NCBI GenBank assembly: GCA_035292445.1
Contig: DATDQB010000013.1
Span: 82,132 to 146,131, forward strand
DNA from: Candidatus Omnitrophota bacterium
GTDB taxonomy: Bacteria > Omnitrophota > Gorgyraeia > Zapsychrales > Zapsychraceae
Reading direction: 5' to 3'
Length of the DNA: 64,000 bases
Part shown: in pieces, positions 26,501-31,605 of the stretch
How positions within the stretch are numbered: the stretch's first letter is position 1
Layout of the letters: each line of letters begins with the position of its first letter
Program-made: the position numbers and the translations under genes
Notes under the pieces: model-generated
Databases searched by the model: none
Told to the model about the DNA's origin: nothing
Seen by the model: the letters and a program-made list of their open reading frames with translations, nothing else

Positions 26501-27587
26501 CATCAACGCCCCCTGAGAAATATTTACGCGGGATGATGTCTTTTGTCGCCGGGTCATAGTCTTCCCTAATAAAGTTATAGACGCCTTTCTTGAAGGCATC
26601 GAGGTATTGCTCATAGATCTTATTCTTGGCGTCCTTATCTTCAATATCAATGCCGCGGATCTTGTTTTTGTCCACGTAAACCTGGCCTAAAAGAGAATTT
26701 TTCAGGTTCATCTTGTACCACGTCGCCAAGATCATGGAACTGTAGATCTGGCGTAAACTGGCAAACGTCTTGCCTTCATTGACTTCCTTTTCGATCTCGG
26801 GGATAACAACATCCTTAAGAATCTGGGATTGGATGGAGCTCATTTCAGTCGTCAGTCGTCGGTCGTCAGTCGTCAGTAACTGATGACTGACGTCTGATGT
26901 CTGATGACTTAATGCCAAATAGTCTTCCTCCAGCATGACCTTCAAATGGCTTTCAACGACAAAAGCGGTGCCGTTATTTTCATACACCAGCGCGCGGTCA
27001 GGGACGATCCATACCTTATTAAAGGTATTCATCGGGATGTTGGTCGTGCCGAATTTCTCGTAGGCCTTATCTTTGACGCGTTGCCAGAATTCTTTGCCCA
27101 GCTCCTGATCGGGGTGGATCAAAGACGCCGTCAATTGTTTGAGGATATAATCCTGCGCTAAAAGGTCGCGGCCCATTTCGGTCGTACCAAAAGCTTGGGG
27201 AATGATACGGTCTTTCTCATAAGGGGAAAGATTTACCCAGAGTTCTTTTTCGGGAACGGTCAGGGAAGCCAAGAAGTATTTAACTAATCTATTCGCTTCT
27301 TCGCGAAGCTCTTCGCCCTCGAGGCTCGTATGGCCAGTATCAACAATAAAATTAAAATGTAGGGGATTAACGGGATCGATCGTGATGCCTTTGACCATGG
27401 CCGGCATAAAGCCAGGGCTTGGGGAAACCATCACCCCCGGAGCCGGTAAATTAAGATATGTGGGTACGCCTTGGGCGTAAACGGATGCAGGCGGCGTGAC
27501 AGAGCTAAAGATAAAGGTAAAGGCGATAAAAGCGGATAAACCTTTGTGGAATCGGGTATTTCTTCTTCGCTCGAGAAAGCTTATCAT
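14589..27587 (-). CDS. Giant multi-module secreted protein, paralog C (4332 aa): signal peptide, conserved N-module, unknown modules, malate synthase-like module, repeated linker modules, isocitrate lyase module, unknown and coiled-coil region, class I fructose-bisphosphate aldolase module, possible GlpX-like module, conserved C-module.
   Basis: A 13 kb uninterrupted ORF with AGGGGGA upstream of the ATG at 27587 and signal peptide MISFLERRRNTRFHKGLSAFIAFTFIFSSVTPPASVYAQ. Malate synthase motif: HHIKFSNDGRWDWGASAIRLAW. ICL signature: HIEDQAHGCKMCGHMSGKVL plus LIVARTDAESAEWITG and YYLGGWDAQ. Class I FBA motifs: GRGRNYFASDGSPSTG, LKGSAIKVSMVTSGD (Schiff-base Lys context) and IVFLSGGQTADQAARNLNAIVKEAKRVGAPWRYAASFSRA. 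The C-terminus is VGGIDLNPALLNLQIKRDGRGIPLP...GFIPVIINIAPINNMPMLLGI. Confidence 0.85.
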   Translation of the reverse strand: MISFLERRRNTRFHKGLSAFIAFTFIFSSVTPPASVYAQGVPTYLNLPAPGVMVSPSPGFMPAMVKGITIDPVNPLHFNFIVDTGHTSLEGEELREEANRLVKYFLASLTVPEKELWVNLSPYEKDRIIPQAFGTTEMGRDLLAQDYILKQLTASLIHPDQELGKEFWQRVKDKAYEKFGTTNIPMNTFNKVWIVPDRALVYENNGTAFVVESHLKVMLEEDYLALSHQTSDVSHQLLTTDDRRLTTEMSSIQSQILKDVVIPEIEKEVNEGKTFASLRQIYSSMILATWYKMNLKNSLLGQVYVDKNKIRGIDIEDKDAKNKIYEQYLDAFKKGVYNFIREDYDPATKDIIPRKYFSGGVDGRDMAMLVAEIEGDLGQFPEAVQQQVINASSPTGRFFDTDVDLLETIAGDSAQLAVDEASSRLADQAVITDPSTATDAERQQRLARRPEIWREEPPNADDLKELLEVAERHGITPITEGHLNTITIVRRRVHSAISQVNGRFNSVYREAQDLIDYQIYWSILDVVLGRIPTISDDYKRLKGYQDIIERVARSLASRIVVHPDFDKLPVFRREDVPANQGQIMLVKPKVQFQSSHAYIVPFIRNEALLFDDYSDKPDHIRLLTTSDAAMVAGVEDLDIREVLDQKGQAVDLSEFEGDVGSGKIINPRSQALIAHLMEKFGERQLELLKKRGERINAAERGENSYIPNMDDKVSDAYGNTLTVREILEGDWKVDEAPERLTKAGGILSGPWNLFFALSAFGSNVLDEVEKKFGISLKEKTDEEIIAIIEGNPAIAEYIEAMRPVRIFGDDEDAAGIDSDKRFAEHQIGADIINGRLKSVKHGDKNKIYRVLPRKYWPTVTKRPSGLQLWSRHESYKGMPVSMMMRDLAYYVEPNFEALEADPRQGIDIVVPKLEHWEEVKLFVETAIETKEFLGLKEEINLIFMHEVEEATLMLELMFWAGRHHIKFSNDGRWDWGASAIRLAWFLKKRVWPGLDKIGMKDKPFRPYTGLNLSASKKRGVHPEGGMWTGMTSRRYPDGAPMDPAADEIATTGFIGDKIDERKQGKLQAWAATPIAIPKENEIFRADVEEMEVAPPVYNEGLYADLLHVPEGNIARAEIYKNLYELLTYTLGYRKQGAAVAVDNLHNGGRTMFDLATAKKAQYWLWTLIKSGAKVQEGPDTGTIITWEYLSQIMDEVARNTQARYMESGFSDEDIAIAREINKSIITSKNMVLHESIVFNTTLDDRTLIDVKRKLKRFFAIHDNADNLYDRRILFAPFQLADAAMLTPEEEIRVESGVLTRAELLNLQERLQTVAAGYAPFNPQGEEASNSIIEEQLEKIANALRDGNYIDTAMAAGKSDDRAPELGPRVARRDSLTGEIVPEEPASIEHMTDMIASLRERDQKGTPKEGDAAMVAAQLEELKEMVVAFEDARIREEGVGLLEMIQTLQRAIRDSGGQNVPLTTAQEAIQTFYRILIPRSSGDVLSFRTLAAYDQDKIGPLQRKIKEVTETLERLVEKTVVSVAETDAAMAVTERYRDADIFEAMILSDYFSTRILLDRIEDYSVIEGMISLDFRAMRISNQFPKNAKRFVSQFDDLQLRDKVTRALDYLSLMEPERRRVLYRFRDRLQSEEASNSYILSKIADFDDSRRRSYYPESSILQNLDSVGFERLDKLRMDPHRIAELAYGETFDNMFRAVDAAAGDILFTQRKKMGHLGKRGGTSQEPIDAAMVGDESAQKEWFRAIDRLAQVRERIEKAKYEDGDIGDLPSLLEEERVLEETIDRTRAQWDDSIDNAMGAVRILEAVLTSEEGYRTADELRGAIAELEKRLGQIGNELVEYQDQVVIVEGLEGEKEQTELAIREIRERITSLTSAAAMAASDKDRAPELGPRFVRGDPLSGELVPEEPAASEKHMRGIIASLRERDQKGTPKEGDAAMAVDARAVAEEYFNWLLQSVAGFKAQYDRALPGGMYEAQVEADLDRAEKELAFLAALLGKEVSVDKLNRVDRKSAIEQLARLPDELAGLIKRWEKIKDKNDEEWARSRDPEERYNEVPTFGDVKGTVSSRLRDVWAMIEVGKERFTGALSPEVLARYEALVAQMNIPGPEGGMVARMGGDAAMVASLEERAQIMQERWNQQRAEGRWIKRVWSAEKVAAAQGPVLRTWSIANHMAEKFNGKLRRYFRDVKSIDTFGPSNELMAEAMAVSEILQAEPITKTKLLDVAYDYEVDALYNHLASLGFIDAETGVIQDSFSMMENVKQEYYERIDDAFKERSGIIFALLQQNLFKHIEGYYLGGWDAQMLRGKGDRARDQYDYLGILAARISKLNTWHAIYQEIARAQMTPEQRSLVRPVDFYVPIFVDFDEGHLKVQEMARRVLSMGEEETHIAAVHIEDQAHGCKMCGHMSGKVLDSTDHWIKTLLEARFEFDRMGLNTLIVARTDAESAEWITGHDDGRDQKFILGVTEADEAERLEEAVKALEKDLVAKKMPAEKIAATITRFRSDWQKYIPLIHDSKGRVQTYQDVITAANQSGLEASELQKVHNQWKIMANLLTIDEIVARTIAANQDKIGMTVEEWRAFVAAIPYERDVRFFDLVKAKAREIGIRLIDSSQIQLVDEAPEAFSGTINVLWDFQLTRSVEKRSRTIWMINSGMEMAIARSKSALPYTDISWFEQHHPHIGEVKQWSTALDAEARRLLFAEGWYDEILERFDQAFRDRIKTQVEKIIETYHNNRPVDPDSYSYALKALQELDLAHDDAVGLLDATTRIKANNTSPSFYWPLAKTEDGSRLMTPEERKAFLPEQGKYSQFNFITYGGSTFLHAATMQFLQGTDGKGGYLRDGMDGLAQWQEIGRKQKSGMSINPQVFAGNRGLEFMTSVAIGETAAISFEGGKGDTMKDRAGLKAKDDLMGEIHRQIAEKETALQHDLSVNELADLINKLRISLIGVRTRITQLRTRERSLKDGPEERSSIAQQIAQLTTDRHTIEGLLKRAISRIRPLEGADEVAFPLEDVSLDHIEERFAAPETFYPEPAQDIENELYILRAGQRAILLEIGQLSDELGSSELNEKRARINRLIGQGEQLLSGDSAMMAADRILEDLLAGRIMVKDAYDRLLSLGESSEDDVIALIVNSGLGLGLLQVMDEINRDPNPVGTVVDGEQEEVDDLDTGATQVLPPRPISEYPPEDEDHAMLTDVQKTLLRERVQSLTGRGRNYFASDGSPSTGNALLKRYGFKIVDAKAYPDADKVDGANYLLRERMRRMFYTAPGIQYVFGGIIVQDESVSYVDDEDKPLLATHVEGRGISIIHKTDRGIDDDTQSPRPSREGLDPEKLSKPKGLGIDNLRAIMDMIPTSHADKFRQTFTIDTDAGLPTQRNIEANMEMLAQHVLDVQLLGRVPTPEPEVLIKGSHDIEASAEANRRILKVYTEAASRLGVDLKGSAIKVSMVTSGDKAPKDTPEEVARATVAVHMDSLPPELGTIVFLSGGQTADQAARNLNAIVKEAKRVGAPWRYAASFSRASKETALTVLNGDFVNEQAAQNEFVRASFRIQAASLGVMDEYDALIERIGVEAFVARVDVYGRMVQVNIDNEQLGQMIRDFDAAMAAQPNKEEATRLRAIRDELPVILTTHTAAKLTALGLRGAYQKILDVVKSVSDTSEQRTQIALLFTQLHQTTQRGEFAEVAIMVLGKEGTIAKDELKRMQTAITDVVDGFAKRIFERTIKELGIIMMVRVSEGFGRDEVAESLKSNEVIMPNLIQHEVEAIKAAIDRGDEFYLSENGRYYPILDAIIDVVEGTNQFVTNSGNRSLEEAPENEAGANSDIVVGRGVRDLGNVPDGYVHQFITNVGEDADALRAAAVEVGGEKYHLYDPELYAAHPKEGILAYLKFLAAIRRQELSQVQEEIIVMNRKRETAFVRAIEEVKQEYGIQGVSVVQKTLQDGTVAHGLRATLTPALYEAATGRSYGVHKTVITVGGSAEGFMNLAIAGAAKYIGAVAGVRVYNAKMNKNAAGEELPDLSERYNFKLAEASELRVIRESYGDAGAILNGQKFFTEQDVKGDVVGIFTVIANDWVFGQTGTQATEGGQTSVVIKIYNVGNELKAEIFPVEVDHTIVSIDAAMTEQGDGAMLTPAEAWEIAEDLLEEMGDEELFGDRVGLLARLIHYLDGKELSTPLSEDAPDLYSKGDLTRATHINSARDFKVREIKFRRIIREFLEGQLIVNFPSEEEDVSSSAGIDRAVTAQETTPVGGIDLNPALLNLQIKRDGRGIPLPVEMQPLQNIHIDGFIPVIINIAPINNMPMLLGIADFIPDEPIEQAQDEEEKAPALSMRKFTLRDVLDRIAIFKG
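21780..21985 (-). repeat. Internal ~200-nt direct repeat within giant gene C, copy 1; the other copy is at 23340..23550 (~88% identical). Each encodes a duplicated ~65-aa linker segment.
   Basis: CCATCGCCGCGTCACCTTCTTTGGGAGTTCCCTTCTGATCTCTCTCCCTCAATGACGCTAT... occurs at both loci. The protein copies are AAMAASDKDRAPELGPRFVRGDPLSGELVPEEPAASEKHMRGIIASLRERDQKGTPKEGDAAMAVD and TAMAAGKSDDRAPELGPRVARRDSLTGEIVPEEPASIEHMTDMIASLRERDQKGTPKEGDAAMVAA. Confidence 0.8.
26845..26925 (-). repeat. Hairpin-forming short tandem repeat (TCAGTCGTCAG/CTGATGTCTGATG units) inside the N-module of gene C; a homologous insertion sits at 4050..4125 in gene A.
   Basis: Gene C has CAGTCGTCAGTCGTCGGTCGTCAGTCGTCAGTAACTGATGACTGACGTCTGATGTCTGATGACT. 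Gene A has GTCATCAGTCGTCGGTCATCAGTCGTCAG...CTGAAGACTGATGTCTGATGTCTGATGACTGAT. Both are imperfect inverted repeats built from 8-11-nt units. They encode SDVSHQLLTTDDRRLTTEMSS and SDISLQSTHENLTTDDRRLMTQ, which are absent from paralogs B and D at the same position. Confidence 0.7.
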
Positions 27588-27899
27588 TTTTTATTCCCCC
27601 TAAGATTTAAAAATTGTTCCCGCAATTGTATTTTCATCGTTACCAGTGATTTGAACCATCGAAAGCGTTTTCCCGCATCAGTTTAAAAAATGGCCGCACA
27701 AAATAAAGGACCGTGCAACCAAACAAGCGAAGGCACACGAAAAGCCTCAATGCTCGTCGAGAATTAAAAATAAACTGTGATATTAGGAAAACAACTTTTC
27801 AGGAGGACATTTACATCGGGTCAGATCGACCCCCGTGGCAGGATAAATAAACGTCTCTCAACAACTCTTATTGTTGCCACAAATATAACACAACAAAAT

Positions 27900-30800
27900 T
27901 TACCTGTCAAGCCCTAATTCTTGCTGCATGTTCAGATCGCGTTCCACCCGCGTGATCACCGGCTCAAAGCCACCAAGGTTTAAATTTTCAATGGTGGAGG
28001 CTGCAATCGTCATTTGGACGCCGTTCCCCTCCCGCTGAACGACCAAATTCAACATAGCCATATTCAAATCAATACCACCCCTACTATCCCTGTTACCCGT
28101 ATCAAGCTGGGCCATGCCGCGCCCTATAACCTGAGCCATATTAGAAATTAGCCTCTGCTCTCTGATACGAGCCAATGAATCGGCAGAGATATTCGGTCTT
28201 TGCTGTAATACTGATAACAACCTTTCTTCTCCCCCATCAAAGGCTTGGGGATTATTTCTAGCTAAATCGCCAAAAGCGGTCACGATAGGTTCAAAATCAA
28301 TCGATTGAATACCACTGGCACTCATAACTTGTTCAGCCATGGGTCTAAAGACATCTTGGAAGACTTGGGGATTGGCTATATTTTGCGGCATCAATCTTAA
28401 GAGGGTATCCGACTGCTGCCTCGCGCTGGAAACCTCTCCAAATTGCCGAACCACAAAAGCGTTCGAAGCCTTTTCCGCGGTTTCAGGAGCGGCTCCTACT
28501 TCACGTAGGCCTGCTTGAAATTCGCTTAACGAACGTAGCGCTGCTGGATTTCTTTCGGCTAGTTGCGCAACCTGGCCGGGCAATGCCTGGATTTCCTCAG
28601 ATGTAAATCGAAGACCGAATTGAGACACCTCTGGCGCCCGTAAAGAGTCCCTATAATCATCTTCAAAGGCCTGCCCCATAGCCGCCTCTACAACAACACG
28701 GGCAAGTGTAGGGTTATAGCTCATCCGATCCCCAGCAGAAGAGGATTCAGCAACCGCCTGGTAAATCCGCCCAGACAGCCCTTCGCTATTATCTATAACA
28801 ATACCTGCCATTCTTTGGGCAAGCGGCTCAGCCACGTTCAAACTCCGTAATTCGGTCAAATAAGTGCTTCTTAAGCCATCGCGGTCTCCCAAGAGCTCAG
28901 GCTTGGCAAGGACATTCACTAATGCCTGCGCCGCCGGCTGGGCTTCCGATGGGTTAAGAGGGGTTGTCCGATTAAGCGCCTCGGCTACATTAATAACATT
29001 CGTTCGTTGATCTCCAACCAACGCAAATCGCGTCGAAGAACTGGCCAAATGGCTATCAACACCTTTGAATTCCTCCGCTTGCCCGGCCAAATTATTAATC
29101 CGGTCAATAACTTCTTTGGTAGCGACCCGGCTCGCCAAATTACGGACAGAATCTTCAGGCATCTGCGGCTGCGCGATCCTTAAGCCTTCGGTTATTTTTT
29201 GCTCGAGTTGATCCAATGACCCATATTCGCGTAAATTTTGCATTACAGGTGTAACAGCTGCAATTTCATCTTCATTAAAATTATCCGTCTGCAAAGCGGA
29301 CGTCACAATGCTTTGCATACGCGGCTGATTGACGGCGTAAAGAACAGGCATAACGGATATTTGCATATTGAATTGATAACGGCCCTGGGTTTGGTCGGCC
29401 ACTTCGCGCATGGTATCCAAATCCGAGGCAATTCTTGCGGCAGTAACAGCCGTCGGCCGGTCGATGCCCTCCCTTTCCAAGCCAGCGGTAATGGCCGCTT
29501 CGTATTGAATAGGCGTTGAGAAAGCTTCCGGTGATTGCGTCCTAAGGCGTGTTATGACTTGAGCTGTTGTTGCCGCTACAGATCGGGCTTGGGCAGGTTC
29601 GATTTCTCCTTCTCCTATTAATCTATTCGCTACGCTCGCGCTATACGCATTGCCGGCTAATTGTTGATTGGCAGCAATACCGCTGGCGACATCAACTAAT
29701 ACCGGCTGAGGCGTTGAGCGTTCAAAAACCGTTTGGGCTAAAGATGGCAGGCTCTTTTCGACCGTAGGGAGTGTTTGTTGGGAGATCCCTCGAGAGCTTA
29801 AAACACTCATAATCTCTTGAGTGGTACTTCGCGGCGCCCGGCGTAACGTGTCCCCCACTATACCCACCACTAAACTAATTTCTTCCTGCGGCACTCCTTG
29901 CTGCCCTAAAGAACGCCCAAGCTCGGCATTAAAAGAAGGAGCGTTTGTCCTAAGAACGGCAGCCATATTAGGCAAAGTGATGCCCATGTCTTGTGCGGCG
30001 TTTGGTTCCCGGTTTCCCAAGGCGAAAGAGACTCTTGCAACCCTTTCAGGGTTAGTCGTGGCTCTTTCCAACAGCCTATTGACCGAAGTCATCATAGCCT
30101 CATCAAGGCCGGCTTGGGCCAAGGGTACTTCTGCGGAAACCTGCGTTGTCCCTGCCCGAACGACTTGAGCCGCTCGATCCCCCGCAAAACCTCCCGAATA
30201 ATACCGCTTCGGCACCAAAGAAAATGTCTCCAAATCAAATTCTTTTGTCGTATACTCATAAGCTCCCTGCTGGAATGTCTCCAGATATTTATCAAAAATC
30301 TTTTCTTTAACCGCCCTGTCTTGTGTGTCTACGCCTTCAATTTTATTCTTATCGACATACACTTGGCTTAAAAAACTCTCTTTCAAATTTTGTTTATACC
30401 ACGTTGCCAGAATCATGGCATTGTAAATCTGCCTTAAATTGGCGAAATTCTCCCCTTCATTGACTTCTTTTTCAATTTCCGGAACAATGACTTCCCTGAC
30501 AACATTACTGGCAATAGCATTGATCTTCTTGACGTCATCTTCCTGCATCCGGTCCGTGCCGAATTTCTTATTATCCATATTTTCCTTTAATCCCAAATAA
30601 TCTTCCTCTAGCATCACTTTTAAATGGCTGTCCAAAACAATGGCGTTGTTACCTCTTTCTAAAACAACCGCTTGATCAGGGACAATCCAAATCTTGTTAA
30701 ATGTGTTCATCGGTATGTCAGAAGCGCCGTAGAGCTCGTTGGCTTTGCTTTGGACTTTTTGCCAGAACTCTTTTCCTAACTGATTTTCGGGATACATTAA

Positions 30801-31268
30801 AGATGCGGTGAGCTGCTTGAGAATATAATCCTGGGCTAAAAGGTCGCGCCCCATTTCTGTATACCCGAGATTTCTGGGAATAATCCGATCTTCTTCATAG
30901 GGAGAAAGATTAACCCATAACTCCTCTGAAGGAACGGTAAGAGCTGCCAGAAAATATTTGACAAGCTTATCAGCCTCTTCTTTCAGGGCATCTCCATCAA
31001 TATTCACATCACCCGTATCGATAATAAAATCGAATTTTAATGCATCGTCGGAGTTGACGGTTATCGCCTTAATAAGAGGTGGCGTGAATATTGGACTTTG
31101 GGTAAGCAATGTCCCCGGCGTGGGTAGCTGCAGGGCGCTGGAACCGACGGTTTGAGCGGAACTAAGATAGGGAGTTAAAACAAGGTGGCAGGAGAAACAA
31201 AGCACTGTTAAACAGCTTAAAAATCGAAAGCCTGGTTTGCTTCTTTTTCTTCGGGATAAAACTTCCAT
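27900..31268 (-). CDS. Giant-family paralog D (1122 aa), the minimal member: signal peptide, conserved N-module, ~700-aa low-complexity Ala/Gln/Ser/Thr-rich region, conserved C-module.
   Basis: GAGGA/GGTGGA lies upstream of the ATG at 31268. Signal peptide: MEVLSRRKRSKPGFRFLSCLTVLCFSCHLVLTPYLSSAQ. The N-module shares TVPSEELWVNLSPYEEDRIIP, TEMGRDLLAQDYILKQLTASLMYPE and PEIEKEVNEGENFANLRQIYNAMILATWYK with the other paralogs. The C-terminus is GGIDLNMAMLNLVVQREGNGVQMT...GGFEPVITRVERDL. Confidence 0.8.
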   Translation of the reverse strand: MEVLSRRKRSKPGFRFLSCLTVLCFSCHLVLTPYLSSAQTVGSSALQLPTPGTLLTQSPIFTPPLIKAITVNSDDALKFDFIIDTGDVNIDGDALKEEADKLVKYFLAALTVPSEELWVNLSPYEEDRIIPRNLGYTEMGRDLLAQDYILKQLTASLMYPENQLGKEFWQKVQSKANELYGASDIPMNTFNKIWIVPDQAVVLERGNNAIVLDSHLKVMLEEDYLGLKENMDNKKFGTDRMQEDDVKKINAIASNVVREVIVPEIEKEVNEGENFANLRQIYNAMILATWYKQNLKESFLSQVYVDKNKIEGVDTQDRAVKEKIFDKYLETFQQGAYEYTTKEFDLETFSLVPKRYYSGGFAGDRAAQVVRAGTTQVSAEVPLAQAGLDEAMMTSVNRLLERATTNPERVARVSFALGNREPNAAQDMGITLPNMAAVLRTNAPSFNAELGRSLGQQGVPQEEISLVVGIVGDTLRRAPRSTTQEIMSVLSSRGISQQTLPTVEKSLPSLAQTVFERSTPQPVLVDVASGIAANQQLAGNAYSASVANRLIGEGEIEPAQARSVAATTAQVITRLRTQSPEAFSTPIQYEAAITAGLEREGIDRPTAVTAARIASDLDTMREVADQTQGRYQFNMQISVMPVLYAVNQPRMQSIVTSALQTDNFNEDEIAAVTPVMQNLREYGSLDQLEQKITEGLRIAQPQMPEDSVRNLASRVATKEVIDRINNLAGQAEEFKGVDSHLASSSTRFALVGDQRTNVINVAEALNRTTPLNPSEAQPAAQALVNVLAKPELLGDRDGLRSTYLTELRSLNVAEPLAQRMAGIVIDNSEGLSGRIYQAVAESSSAGDRMSYNPTLARVVVEAAMGQAFEDDYRDSLRAPEVSQFGLRFTSEEIQALPGQVAQLAERNPAALRSLSEFQAGLREVGAAPETAEKASNAFVVRQFGEVSSARQQSDTLLRLMPQNIANPQVFQDVFRPMAEQVMSASGIQSIDFEPIVTAFGDLARNNPQAFDGGEERLLSVLQQRPNISADSLARIREQRLISNMAQVIGRGMAQLDTGNRDSRGGIDLNMAMLNLVVQREGNGVQMTIAASTIENLNLGGFEPVITRVERDLNMQQELGLDR

Positions 31269-31440
31269 TCCACCAGTCCTCGTTTATAGAAAACAATTCT
31301 TTTTTCTGGGAGGATTCACAAGAACCTTATCGTGGCAATGATTTTCTATGGTGTAAATATAACATTATTAATAATTACTGTCAATGAGGCCATCAGAGGC
31401 GGCGCCATAGAAAGATCGAGGACGAATATTATTTAAATGG

Positions 31441-31514
31441 TCGGGGCGGGGGGATTCGAACCCACGACCCCTTGCTCCCAAAGCAAGTGCGCTAGCCAGC
31501 TGCGCTACGCCCCG
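31441..31514 (-). tRNA. tRNA-Pro (anticodon TGG)
   Basis: The reverse complement folds with acceptor CGGGGCG/CGCCCCG, D-arm GCGC-AGCTGGCTA-GCGC, anticodon stem CTTGC/GCAAG with loop TTTGGGA (anticodon TGG) and a T-loop TTCGAAT. The T-stem has one non-Watson-Crick pair. Confidence 0.8.
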
Positions 31515-31605
31515 TTATATTTTTTGAATAGTGGCGCTTAGTATATCATTGGGTTTTGAAATTTGCAATTACTGTAAAATTACCCACTTATGCTATAATA
31601 CCGCC

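Noticed and set aside
5097-27587. Giant genes as NRPS/PKS megasynthases or RTX/Ig-repeat adhesins
   Set aside because: I saw no condensation, adenylation, ketosynthase or thiolation motifs, and no tandem Ig, cadherin or RTX nonapeptide repeats. Between the shared caps, the recognisable content is metabolic enzymes and receiver domains.
31531-31605. Longer start for the AsmA-like gene at 31531 (MALSISLGFEICNYCKITHLCYNTA...)
   Set aside because: It would begin 17 nt from the tRNA-Pro 5' end and adds a non-signal-like extension. The internal ATG at 31606 gives a canonical Lys/Arg-rich N-terminus followed by a TM helix.
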